From NCBI RefSeq assembly GCF_009914755.1, contig NC_060927.1: a stretch of DNA of 64,000 nt; one strand, written 5' to 3'. Source of the stretch: the human T2T-CHM13v2.0 reference genome, Homo sapiens. Position 1 is the stretch's first letter; each line of letters begins with the position of its first letter. A program made the position numbers and the translations under genes. A model generated the notes under the pieces. The model searched no databases and was not told the DNA's origin. It saw nothing but the letters and a program-made list of their open reading frames with translations. Shown in pieces: positions 14,940 through 27,574 of the stretch.

Positions 14940-17716
14940 GCCTCACCATGTGAGCTCTTCCTATCCCTCTCCTAACTGCCAGCCCCCTAAAAGCACTCCT
15001 GCTTAATCTTCAAAGCCTTCTCCCTAGCTCCTCCCCTTCCTCTTGTCTGATTTCTTAGGGGAAGGAGAAGTAAGAGGCTACCTCTTACCTAACATCTGAC
15101 CTGGCATCTAATTCTGATTCTGGCTTTAAGCCTTCAAAACTATAGCTTGCAGAACTGTAGCTGCCATGGCTAGGTAGAAGTGAGCAAAAAAGAGTTGGGT
15201 GTCTCCTTAAGCTGCAGAGATTTCTCATTGACTTTTATAAAGCATGTTCACCCTTATAGTCTAAGACTATATATATAAATGTATAAATATACAGTATAGA
15301 TTTTTGGGTGGGGGGCATTGAGTATTGTTTAAAATGTAATTTAAATGAAAGAAAATTGAGTTGCACTTATTGACCATTTTTTAATTTACTTGTTTTGGAT
15401 GGCTTGTCTATACTCCTTCCCTTAAGGGGTATCATGTATGGTGATAGGTATCTAGAGCTTAATGCTACATGTGAGTGACGATGATGTACAGATTCTTTCA
15501 GTTCTTTGGATTCTAAATACATGCCACATCAAACCTTTGAGTAGATCCATTTCCATTGCTTATTATGTAGGTAAGACTGTAGATATGTATTCTTTTCTCA
15601 GTGTTGGTATATTTTATATTACTGACATTTCTTCTAGTGATGATGGTTCACGTTGGGGTGATTTAATCCAGTTATAAGAAGAAGTTCATGTCCAAACGTC
15701 CTCTTTAGTTTTTGGTTGGGAATGAGGAAAATTCTTAAAAGGCCCATAGCAGCCAGTTCAAAAACACCCGACGTCATGTATTTGAGCATATCAGTAACCC
15801 CCTTAAATTTAATACCAGATACCTTATCTTACAATATTGATTGGGAAAACATTTGCTGCCATTACAGAGGTATTAAAACTAAATTTCACTACTAGATTGA
15901 CTAACTCAAATACACATTTGCTACTGTTGTAAGAATTCTGATTGATTTGATTGGGATGAATGCCATCTATCTAGTTCTAACAGTGAAGTTTTACTGTCTA
16001 TTAATATTCAGGGTAAATAGGAATCATTCAGAAATGTTGAGTCTGTACTAAACAGTAAGATATCTCAATGAACCATAAATTCAACTTTGTAAAAATCTTT
16101 TGAAGCATAGATAATATTGTTTGGTAAATGTTTCTTTTGTTTGGTAAATGTTTCTTTTAAAGACCCTCCTATTCTATAAAACTCTGCATGTAGAGGCTTG
16201 TTTACCTTTCTCTCTCTAAGGTTTACAATAGGAGTGGTGATTTGAAAAATATAAAATTATGAGATTGGTTTTCCTGTGGCATAAATTGCATCACTGTATC
16301 ATTTTCTTTTTTAACCGGTAAGAGTTTCAGTTTGTTGGAAAGTAACTGTGAGAACCCAGTTTCCCGTCCATCTCCCTTAGGGACTACCCATAGACATGAA
16401 AGGTCCCCACAGAGCAAGAGATAAGTCTTTCATGGCTGCTGTTGCTTAAACCACTTAAACGAAGAGTTCCCTTGAAACTTTGGGAAAACATGTTAATGAC
16501 AATATTCCAGATCTTTCAGAAATATAACACATTTTTTTGCATGCATGCAAATGAGCTCTGAAATCTTCCCATGCATTCTGGTCAAGGGCTGTCATTGCAC
16601 ATAAGCTTCCATTTTAATTTTAAAGTGCAAAAGGGCCAGCGTGGCTCTAAAAGGTAATGTGTGGATTGCCTCTGAAAAGTGTGTATATATTTTGTGTGAA
16701 ATTGCATACTTTGTATTTTGATTATTTTTTTTTTCTTCTTGGGATAGTGGGATTTCCAGAACCACACTTGAAACCTTTTTTTATCGTTTTTGTATTTTCA
16801 TGAAAATACCATTTAGTAAGAATACCACATCAAATAAGAAATAATGCTACAATTTTAAGAGGGGAGGGAAGGGAAAGTTTTTTTTTATTATTTTTTTAAA
16901 ATTTTGTATGTTAAAGAGAATGAGTCCTTGATTTCAAAGTTTTGTTGTACTTAAATGGTAATAAGCACTGTAAACTTCTGCAACAAGCATGCAGCTTTGC
17001 AAACCCATTAAGGGGAAGAATGAAAGCTGTTCCTTGGTCCTAGTAAGAAGACAAACTGCTTCCCTTACTTTGCTGAGGGTTTGAATAAACCTAGGACTTC
17101 CGAGCTATGTCAGTACTATTCAGGTAACACTAGGGCCTTGGAAATTCCTGTACTGTGTCTCATGGATTTGGCACTAGCCAAAGCGAGGCACCCTTACTGG
17201 CTTACCTCCTCATGGCAGCCTACTCTCCTTGAGTGTATGAGTAGCCAGGGTAAGGGGTAAAAGGATAGTAAGCATAGAAACCACTAGAAAGTGGGCTTAA
17301 TGGAGTTCTTGTGGCCTCAGCTCAATGCAGTTAGCTGAAGAATTGAAAAGTTTTTGTTTGGAGACGTTTATAAACAGAAATGGAAAGCAGAGTTTTCATT
17401 AAATCCTTTTACCTTTTTTTTTTCTTGGTAATCCCCTAAAATAACAGTATGTGGGATATTGAATGTTAAAGGGATATTTTTTTCTATTATTTTTATAATT
17501 GTACAAAATTAAGCAAATGTTAAAAGTTTTATATGCTTTATTAATGTTTTCAAAAGGTATTATACATGTGATACATTTTTTAAGCTTCAGTTGCTTGTCT
17601 TCTGGTACTTTCTGTTATGGGCTTTTGGGGAGCCAGAAGCCAATCTACAATCTCTTTTTGTTTGCCAGGACATGCAATAAAATTTAAAAAATAAATAAAA
17701 ACTAATTAAGAAATTG
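14940..17716 (+). other. TP63: TP63 alpha/beta/delta 3'UTR (about 2.8 kb, end approximate)
   Basis: AU-rich sequence with no recognisable interspersed repeat, between the alpha stop and clustered AATAAA; GU-rich element from about 17715. Confidence 0.88.
17676..17699 (+). terminator. TP63: Clustered poly(A) signals of the main TP63 3' end
   Basis: AATAAA at 17676, 17690 and 17694 followed by TGTGTGTGTGTCTATCTGTGTCTGTTTG. Confidence 0.9.
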
Positions 17717-18861
17717 TGTGTGTGTCTATCTGTGTCTGTTTGCCTATTTGTCCATTCTTCCATCCTTTGGCCTTGTTGATATTATCGAGGAAGAAGAGAT
17801 ACCGAGCAAAACACTGGAGAGGTTCAGATGTTGACGTTTCTCATCTGAGAACAAATAATCATTCTTTTCTCATTTTAGCCAACCTACAAAATAGGAAAGA
17901 CCAGAATGGCATTTTCATTTGGTGAATGAGACATTCAAAGTTTTAATACCTTATTTGATTGAGGTCAGAAAGAGTTTGCTTTAGAACAGGGACTAGACTT
18001 CAAATATTCCTAATGTCTAACTTAGTGACCTTCCGATGATACTCAGCAGTGACCTCATCAGTACTGTGGGAGTGGAAAGCAAATAAGCTGGTGGTATGTG
18101 GGAGCACGCTGCAGATGATGGGACCTGACTGGGCCATGTTCCCTTTTAAATTCATTGTTAAATATCACCCTTCAGTTATGTACATTGATTTAGCCAATAC
18201 TATCTCTATCAAAATGGGTGAATTATTTTTATTAAATAAGAATGTATATTACTTTATGGGATAACATTGGATGGCATGAATACAATATAATGCCTTAGAC
18301 TTATAAAATAAACTTTTCAGAATAACAAAAATATATAGTAGAGATATCAATTTGTTTTTCTATTTATAGATATAATCACATTATAAAGATATGTTCATAT
18401 AGGCAAGCAGGTGCAGCCAAAATATTCAATTCTTAGTCCTTGCAGTCTAGGTGATAGAGTGCCAGAAATGAAACAGTTAATTCAATTATGCTAGCATGAG
18501 GAATATAAAAGAGCTATAAAAATGATTAATAATTGATCTGTCATTTGGGCTCTTTCAATTTTAATTTTTATTTTTTCAGTAGTTCTATTTGTATGAATTG
18601 GTAGTTCATGACTTTTATTTACTCTTAGCTGTCTTCTGGAGTAAAAGAAAAACCTACTTTTAAAAAAATGCATTTGCTTAGAATTATTGGGTCTGTTAAA
18701 CCCTTTTACAAATACAAAATGCACTATGGAAACTCGGCGATTTTCTTTTTCATGTCTTGAGACTTTATTTTAGCCGTTCTAGAAATTGCTTTATTTTTAT
18801 CCATCAATTCTAATGAGTAAAAAAAGAATAAAAACCAAGAAGAATGGTGGGATTGCCCAAA

Positions 18862-19137
18862 ACCGTGCTGTCCAATATGGTAGTCACTAGCTACATGTAA
18901 TTATTGAGCACATGGATGGAGCTAGTCAAAACTGAGATGTGCTGTATATGCAAAATACACATTAGACTTCAGGGACTCAAAAATATAAAATAACTCCTTG
19001 ATAATTGTTTAAATTAGATGTTGAAAATAAATATTTTGGGTTAAATATACTGGAATTAATTTTACCCGTTCCTTTATATGCTTACTACAAAATTTAAAAT
19101 TATGTAAATGGATTTCATTGTAGTTCTATTGGGCAAT
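18862..19137 (-). mobile_element. MER33 hAT-Charlie DNA transposon
   Basis: 'gctgtccaatatggtagtcactagctacatg...gagatgtgctgta...aaatacac...ctattgggca' matches the reverse of MER33 as I recall it. Confidence 0.75.
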
Positions 19138-21555
19138 TAGCTAGAAAGATGATGTAATAAGAAGCCTGTTAGGATGATGAAATGAATTTACTATTTACTA
19201 TTGTGTAATTATCCAGGTTTTTTGGTTTTTTACTGGGTTGCTCATTAGTATTGCATCAGTTTTCAACAAAGTATAGAATAGGAGACAATATCTTTGTAGT
19301 TAGGATTTTTCATTTTCTCCCCATAATGGTAAAGATATTAAAACTGACAGAGAAAAGCATTTCAAAATTGTTACATCAGAATATGAATACAAAACACAAT
19401 GGCACTCTAGACTCTGGTGATGGTGAAATGGCTTGTGTAAGTTAGATTTTAAACTGAGTTTTCATGTAATGATATCCTAGATGAATTTTCTCAAGCACAA
19501 GGCTCAATGGCCAAGGAATAAAGTTTTAAAGATAAAAAGGGTATATGCTTACTTTAATCTAGATAGTTCTTCAATAGGAAGAATTTTACCATTTAAGGTT
19601 ACAACAATAATCTGACCATCCGATTTTCTAAAAGGACATGCGATAGTATTATTTTAGTTCTAATGATTCTTGTGCACCAAAATTTACCAATATACTTCAC
19701 AAGTGGACAAATAAAGGCTGGTGTGTATCAAAGGTAATCGGAAGAAAATGAGGTAGAAACTTAACTCATTGGATTAATCATTCTAATTGGTGTTTAAAAA
19801 GTATTTTGCGGTTTTGGAGTGAAGAACATAGTCATCCTCTCTTCAACAAAGGCATGAGCCATCAAGGATTCAAAAAAAATAGTTCAAGTGTTTTATGTTG
19901 ATGATGTAAATACAAGAAAAGCAATCAGAATTAATGATGTTAGAACTTCTTATCAGAGGTGCATTTGAAATCAATACTTACAAGGTAGCTATGTCCCAAA
20001 TTTCATGGTAGTTCATGAGCAGTTAATTGCATTCAGAAGGTATTTTCTATTTCATGTACATGTGCCACTGAAATCATTAACAAAATTTTAGATTTACTAT
20101 GTTTATATTAAAATTTCTTATAAAATTATTCTTCACCATATATTCTGTTATTTATAAAATTACTAAAATAAAAATATAAAGCATTAATTAGACCCAGAAG
20201 ATATGGATAATGACTACTGCACTGAGAATTATTAGAATAATTTATCTAATATTGTTATAGAATGCCAAAAACCTAATGTTCATTAAAGACTCTTGAATTA
20301 TCTAAAATCTGCATAGAATCTCTGAGATTCCAAGAACATATTTGTGCTTTTGGGTGCAGTTTCTGAATTATCTAAGAAGGTAACCCAAGGACTTTCCTTA
20401 GTATACTGATTTATTTTGTATTCCTAGTAGCAAAATAAAAGTATGGAATAAAGGCCTGCACATAGGTGGGTAGACATTGGAACCTTCCTAGATCCAGGAA
20501 AGATAACTTTAATCTTGAGTCAGGGCATCCACAGACTGGCAGAAGGCAGTGGTTATTACCCGTTTTGCCATTCTTTCTCTTTCATATACTACAGTTGTCT
20601 TACTAGGTAAACTGGAACATAGGACACTTTCAGCCTTGAGTATGGATTTCCTAGCTTCCTCTTTGTACCCATAAAAACTTTGGTGTCCATTATCATTCTT
20701 CCAAATTTGATTTACACTATGCCTTTTCCCCTGGTGCTTCAGACTCATTCCAAAAAAAGTTATGCAGATGTGTAGATTTCACGGAAATATGAAGATCCAG
20801 AGTGAAAGGAACACTTGACTGAGAGGAGTCTGGTGACTTGGGCCAGATGCTTAATCTTCTGCATTTCAGTTTCAACATCTGCCAGATGAGAGGTCTGAAC
20901 CCCTAACTTGTCAGTATTTCAGTAATAGCTTTTGGAAGAAAGCCGAAGGATGGCATGAAACAACTCTTCCAATATAGAAATGGGGTTAGAGTTTTCAGAA
21001 AAAATTCAGCAGTCTCAAAGCTCTAATCTTCGTTAAATGCAGACCTAAAAGTGTCGGGAATCTTGTTCCTTCTTTAGAAAGGTTTTTCATAGAGCACTAA
21101 CCATATATATTTTTCTCAGATAAGAGTAGTTCACTAATTTAACTTTGTGGTTTTACAGTCATGTTGGGTGTGTCCTTGAAATTTATGAGATTTGTAACTC
21201 CTTACACTAATCCTGACTCTGTCTATGTGCCAGGTGGGTGGCAAGTACTGGCAGGTGAACTTCCCTTTTGTGATTCTGATTAGAATTCTAGGCCTAGCAC
21301 ACTGGAGGACCAACGTTTTGCAATTCAAGTAAAAGTCTGACACAGGACGAGGAACAAAAATTTTTTGCAGAGAGAGTTTGACATCAGAAACACCAGGCAG
21401 AAAATAACGAATCCTGTGAGCGCTTTAACTCATCTGACATTTGCTCTGTAATTGGAAACGCTATTATTTTTCTGTGAAAGAAATTATGGTGACTTTGAAT
21501 ATGGTTCAATATTCCGAAATTCTAGGACTACCTTCTATAAGTAAGTTGATTACTC

Positions 21556-21808
21556 TGCAGTGCAGTGGCACAGTCATAGCTCACTGCAGCCTCGAACACC
21601 TGGGCTCAAGCAATCCTCCTGCCTCTGCCTCTTTAGTAGCTGAGACTACAGGTGTGTGCCACCAAAACCGCTAATTTATTTTAGTTTTCGTAGAGATGGG
21701 GTCTCGCTCTGTGGCCTAGGCTAGTCTGGAACTCCTGGCCTCTAGCAATCCTCCTGCCTCTGCCTCCCAAAATGCTGGGATTACAGGTATGAGCTACTGC
21801 GTCCAGCC
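21556..21808 (-). mobile_element. AluJ, tail end truncated
   Basis: 'tcatagctcactgcagcctcgaac.cctgggctcaagcaatcctcc' AluJ-type; both arms partly present. Confidence 0.88.
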
Positions 21809-22328
21809 TGCTCTTCTGTATTTTAGCTAAGCTTGCATCAGCGGTCTTCAATATTTCTCCAACTTATCAATACCTTCCTAATACGATTTTGTCTCACTAA
21901 TGATTAAATGTTAGAGAAAGCACTTGAAAGCACTCGCAATCCCTAAAGTACAGAAATGGTGGAATTTTAAAAGAGAATGAAAGGAGAAAGAGAGAACAAA
22001 AAGATCAACCCATTGTCAGATTCTGGACTGTGAAATGAATAGAGAAAATTCTGCTGTGTCATTTCATGGGGCCTCTTGCCAAATGCGTTTTGGAAATGTT
22101 TAGAAAGTTCGTTCTAAAGAATTCTGGAATTACGTGGCATCCAGGTACCAGCACATTTGGTATCTCAGAACAAATGCTGACATCCGTAAATATCCAATGG
22201 CAGTCATGAAATAATATTCTAAGAAATAGAACACTTTTGTGAACCTTGCCCACGCAGAAGAAGCCCTAGGAAATATTTGCCTAACAACACCTGGTGTTCA
22301 ACATGGCTTTCAGGACACTGAGAAGTAA

Positions 22329-22390
22329 ATATATATATATATATATATTTTTTAAAAATATATATATATAAATATATATATGCATATATA
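22329..22390. repeat. (TA)n tract, quasi-palindromic
   Basis: Directly visible. Confidence 0.9.
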
Positions 22391-25360
22391 CAATTTTTGT
22401 TTTTACTGCTTGGGGATAGGAACATCTCAATATCCCTTTTCCTTATCTTTTGCTTTCTCGGGGTCCCACTGTCACCCTAAGTAATTGGCTTATAAGCAGC
22501 ACAAACTCTCAGCAAAATGATACGAAAGTTGTCTTTGGAATATTCCATTCCCATGCCTGTCTTTCTTTTCCCTTTCTGCTGAAGACATTCACATTTTCTT
22601 TTTTACTTTCTCTACTCAAACCTGATGTTCCTAGCTAGGTGGTAATTTCCTTGATGGTGCATGAGATACCACGGTTATATGCATTTTGCCAGGAGTTTCT
22701 AACCATGCCTTGGAGGTGGTTACCTGCCACTTATTCTTACCAATCCCCACTTTAAGGCCCACGATTCTTTCAAGAGTCACATGTAAGACAGGAAGCCATG
22801 GCTAAGCCTAGTCTCACCAAAGGCCCAGCAGAAGGCGTAATACTGTCCAGTGGCTGGCCAGTGTTCAGTTAGCATTTGGCAATCAATAGAGTTCTGTCTT
22901 CTCAGATACGGCCCTTCTTCTCCCCTGGTATAATATCCTATTCATAAGAACATAGTTTGGCTGGCTCTCTCCTCCATCTTTCATCTCCTTAGCCTCATTA
23001 TTTCTTGTCCTGGGGTACAATACCACAGTCTTTGCTCATCATCACAGCCTCTGTAACACTTTGACCTCCCTTGGTAGAGTATCAGGAGAAGTGAATGTCT
23101 GCCTCTTTCCCATGATTGTAATGCATTCTTTCCTTCCCTGAGGAAAAGTGCTTCCCTGTCTCTTGGCTGAAAGACTAATTTTTTTTTTTTTAAATGAACT
23201 CCACTCCAATTATTTCCATGATATTCTTGTGTAATACCAGTCTTTCCTCCTCATGTTGAATGGGTTGGGTGCCTTCAGTGAGGAGACTAGAGGTGGTAAA
23301 CATTGGGAAAATGAAAGAATCTGATGGAGCAGGTGGAGCTCAGCAAAGGTCTGTGTGGAGGCTACACATGGGCTTTGGTGAGGGATCTCCTTGTGCTTCC
23401 TGTCCCAGGGGTTACTCAGCTGCCTTTGACAGACTCTCATATGTGCAAGGCACTGTGGGAAATTCAAAGTTGAAAAATACACAGCTCTATGAATCACAGA
23501 AGTTTAGACCTAGAAGGAACTTAAGAGCCATCTAGTTTAAACTCTTCATTTTCTGGAGTGGAAAACTGAGGCCCAGGCAGGAAAAGGAACTATACAGATT
23601 CTCACAGCAAGGCAAAGAAGAACCAGGTGATCCAGACTTCCCTTTCTCATTTGTAGTACAACCTAACTCCACCTCTACTTAGAAGAAGTCTCTCTTCCAT
23701 ACCACAGTGATGCCCTTGTTATTGCTGTTGCTATTTCTCAATGGAACTTGTCAATGAATACTTTTGAGTGCTGCTTAGGAGTGACTCCTTCTCTCACTCT
23801 GTTTGCTTTACTCTTTTTCATCCCCATGCTGGTTTTTACCACAAACACCCCTGGCCTAAAGAACTCTGGAATTCACACAATGGGTCTTGGCTTTCGCATC
23901 TCTAAGAGGAAAGAGGCTGGAGTAAAAGATCTCAAAGTCCTCTACTAGCTTCAGTGTTCTAGAAATGTACATTTCACCATGAGGTAGGCCACCATTTAAG
24001 GAAGAAAATGGGATTTTCATTACATACTGACATTACTTAGCTAAAATTAAGAGGCCTTAAGAATTAATAACATTTAGGTAAAAGCTGTGAAAGGTGCTAA
24101 CAGGAATTGCTGGGATAAAAGCAAAGATTTGTGCAACAGCTGTAGGTATTTTCCATGACAATCTTCCTTCATAGCATGACTTTCAGCTGGGACACCCTCT
24201 TCTAATCTCTCAGGAAACAGAAGAGATGACGTCAACGTAGGGGAAAAGAAGTGGCAATTTTCTAGTTTATATATTTAAAAAAATACAATCAAGTAAAACA
24301 TAGCTAAAGAGTATCTGTCAATAGGTCTGATGATCTAGATGGATTGTATAAATAAATATAAAATCTTTATATTCTTAATATATACTGATTCACTGTTTCC
24401 TAAAACATTTCATATAAATTATCTTGTTTATTTCCTCAACACTGTGGAATAGACAGAGCAAACATTGTCAGTACAAAGGGCGGAGGAAGCTGAGCCTCTG
24501 AGAAGTTACAGGCATGTCTAAGTTCACAAAGCTATTATAGTCAGTGGTAGAATCAGCAAGTCTTTCTATTCTAGTTTGGCTCTTTTTTTCCGTGGTACTG
24601 TTGTCTCCAATCAGAAAATAAGTTCTCAGCGGGTCACTCTCTTAGGCTGCACACACACGCCTCAAAGAAAAGAATTCTGTGGACTTTCCCTGGTTGGAGA
24701 CAGAGTATGCGTTCCAAAATCTGTCAGCCCTAGATTGCATCCAACTAACCTAGGCCCCTCAAGCCCCTTATTGAAAACATAACCCTTCTATCACTGGCCA
24801 TTGTCAGCAGGATAAAGCCTATCTAACTTTGTCACTAATTTGCCCTTTAAGTCTAATATTATCTGATGCTCCAACCAATTCTATTTACTCAACATTCCCA
24901 GCTAGAATGTAATCTTCACAAGGCAGGTTTCCTTGCGTTGTTAATTGATGAAGCCTACTGTAGCCTTCACTCAATAACTATTTGTAGAATTCAACAAATC
25001 AGTTCTTGAATTTTCAGGTATCTGTGCATTTTCTATGCTGTTCTCTTCAACAGAATGCTTCGACCCTACTCTCACCCATCTCAGTCTACCTCTTCTTGTC
25101 TTTCAAAAATTACCTCAAACATTACTTCCACAACAAAGCTTCCTTGATTATCTACCACTGGAAAGACTTTGTAGGACTTAGATGTGTTTCTGTTTTCATG
25201 ATAGATATGAACGAACTTGGCTTCTCAGTTTGATCGTCTTTTTTTTCTCTTTTTTCTATTTCTGAATGTTAAAAAGCATTTTAATTGTTGTGGGGGCAGA
25301 ACATAAGCAATGCCTCCCCTATCCTCCAGGGGATAGGAAATAGGAAGAGAAAAGGAAAAA

Positions 25361-25423
25361 ATATATCTATATCTATATCTATATCTATATCTATATCTAT
25401 ATATATGCACACACACACACACA
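25361..25423. repeat. (TATATC)n followed by (CA)n
   Basis: Directly visible; explains the YRYRYR ORF. Confidence 0.9.
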
Positions 25424-25945
25424 CCACTATATAATATATACCTATATAAAACCCTCAGCTATGGCCAATGATACCACCTGTCTTTCAAAAATGCCTTTTG
25501 AAAATCCCAGGTTCTCCTTGATACAAGAATGCTCATTCTTTCTTCAAACCCCCTAAAAATGTATCTTTTAAGGCAAGCTACCTGTTCTGATTGGTAAATG
25601 TGTACATTTTGAGTGGTCTGTGCCCATTCTCTGTGGGTTGTTAAGTAGTTTGAATATAACCTATGCCTCTATGGATGTCACCACAATCTGCTTCGTGTTT
25701 TCTGTTTTGTGGTCATATATCTCTTGACAGTTGATCCTGCACAGTTTCTAGTCCAACCCCTAAATAAAGTTCTTAAGACATAATGGGTGTTTAATGAAGG
25801 TTCGATGGATTATTATTTTAAATGCTAATAAATACTTTGCAAACAGGAAAAACAGGTAGTATGTTTTGCTTTTTCTGAATAGCTTTCAGTGGAAGGAAGT
25901 AGAAAGGTAAAAAGATACTAGATTGGTATATTCAAAATTTATTTT

Positions 25946-25950
<5 letters not shown>

Positions 25951-25979
<29 letters not shown>
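25951..25979. repeat. (TA)n microsatellite
   Basis: Directly visible. Confidence 0.92.
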
Positions 25980-25983
<4 letters not shown>

Positions 25984-26471
25984 TTTCTTTCAGTCACACT
26001 AGATCTGGCATCAGCTGTGGTTCAGCTCCTGTCTAGAAGGGACAGAGCTTTGCAGTTGGGGTAACTCCTAATTCTTAGCTAGGAAATAACCCCTTGGGAT
26101 ATTAGAGATCTCAAAATGTTTTACTACTTTCATTTGAGAGTCTAAAGCTCTATTAAAACCTACTCTAGCTTCTCCTTGATTGTCCCTTGATTTACTAGTG
26201 ACATGCTTTCTACTGAAGAAAGAGGATTTTGTGGTCAACAAACCACACCCTAAGCTCTATGATGTGAAATGGAAATTTTCTAGTATACATAGAATTTATA
26301 CTTTTTAAAATATAGAAAAGTTTAAAAAATAATTGATACATGTCCATATACCTACTGCCCATAAATTATGATTAACACTTTTTCATATTTACCACAAATC
26401 TATGTATCTCTGTGCTTTTCATATAAGTCAAACTTAACAAAGTAAATATCCCCTTTATCGCCTACCTATAG

Positions 26472-26952
<481 letters not shown>

Positions 26953-27064
26953 AGAATAATAATCTTAAACATAACAGTTGCCACGTTAAGGTTTTTTTTT
27001 TTTTCATCCAGTTTCTCTGCCTTCATACAGTCAAGCTAAGTGATGGAATTGCCATGTTATAGAT

Positions 27065-27098
27065 TGTATTAGGCTTCTCCAAAGAAACAGAACCAATA

Positions 27099-27151
<53 letters not shown>

Positions 27152-27574
27152 GAGAATTGGCTTGTGTGATGATGGAGGATGAGGAGTCACATGATCTGCT
27201 GTTTGCAGGCTGGAGGACCTTGAAAGCAGGCAGTGTAATTCAGTCTGTGTCCAAAGACTCAAGAACAAAGCGAGAGGAGGAGGGTGTTGGTGGATTGTGT
27301 GCATCCTTGCAGGGAACTGGGAATACCGATGTCTGAAAGTCAAGAAGATGATGGAGGTTGCCGCTCAAATAGGGGGCAAATTTGTCCCTCCTCCACCTTT
27401 GGCTCTCTTCAGGCCCTCAAGGGATGCCACCCACATTGGTGAAGATGATCTTCTTTACTCAGTCTACTGATTCCAATGCTAATCTCTTCCAGAAACATCC
27501 TCACAGACACAATCAGAAATGTTTTTCTAGCTATCTGGGCCCATTCAAGTCGACATCTAAAATTGACTGTCACA
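27065..27574 (-). mobile_element. MLT2-family (ERVL) solo LTR with internal (TA)n
   Basis: TG...CA termini ('tgtattaggcttctccaaagaaacagaaccaatag' ... 'aaaattgactgtcaca'); 5-bp TSD tagat/cagat with one mismatch. Confidence 0.8.
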
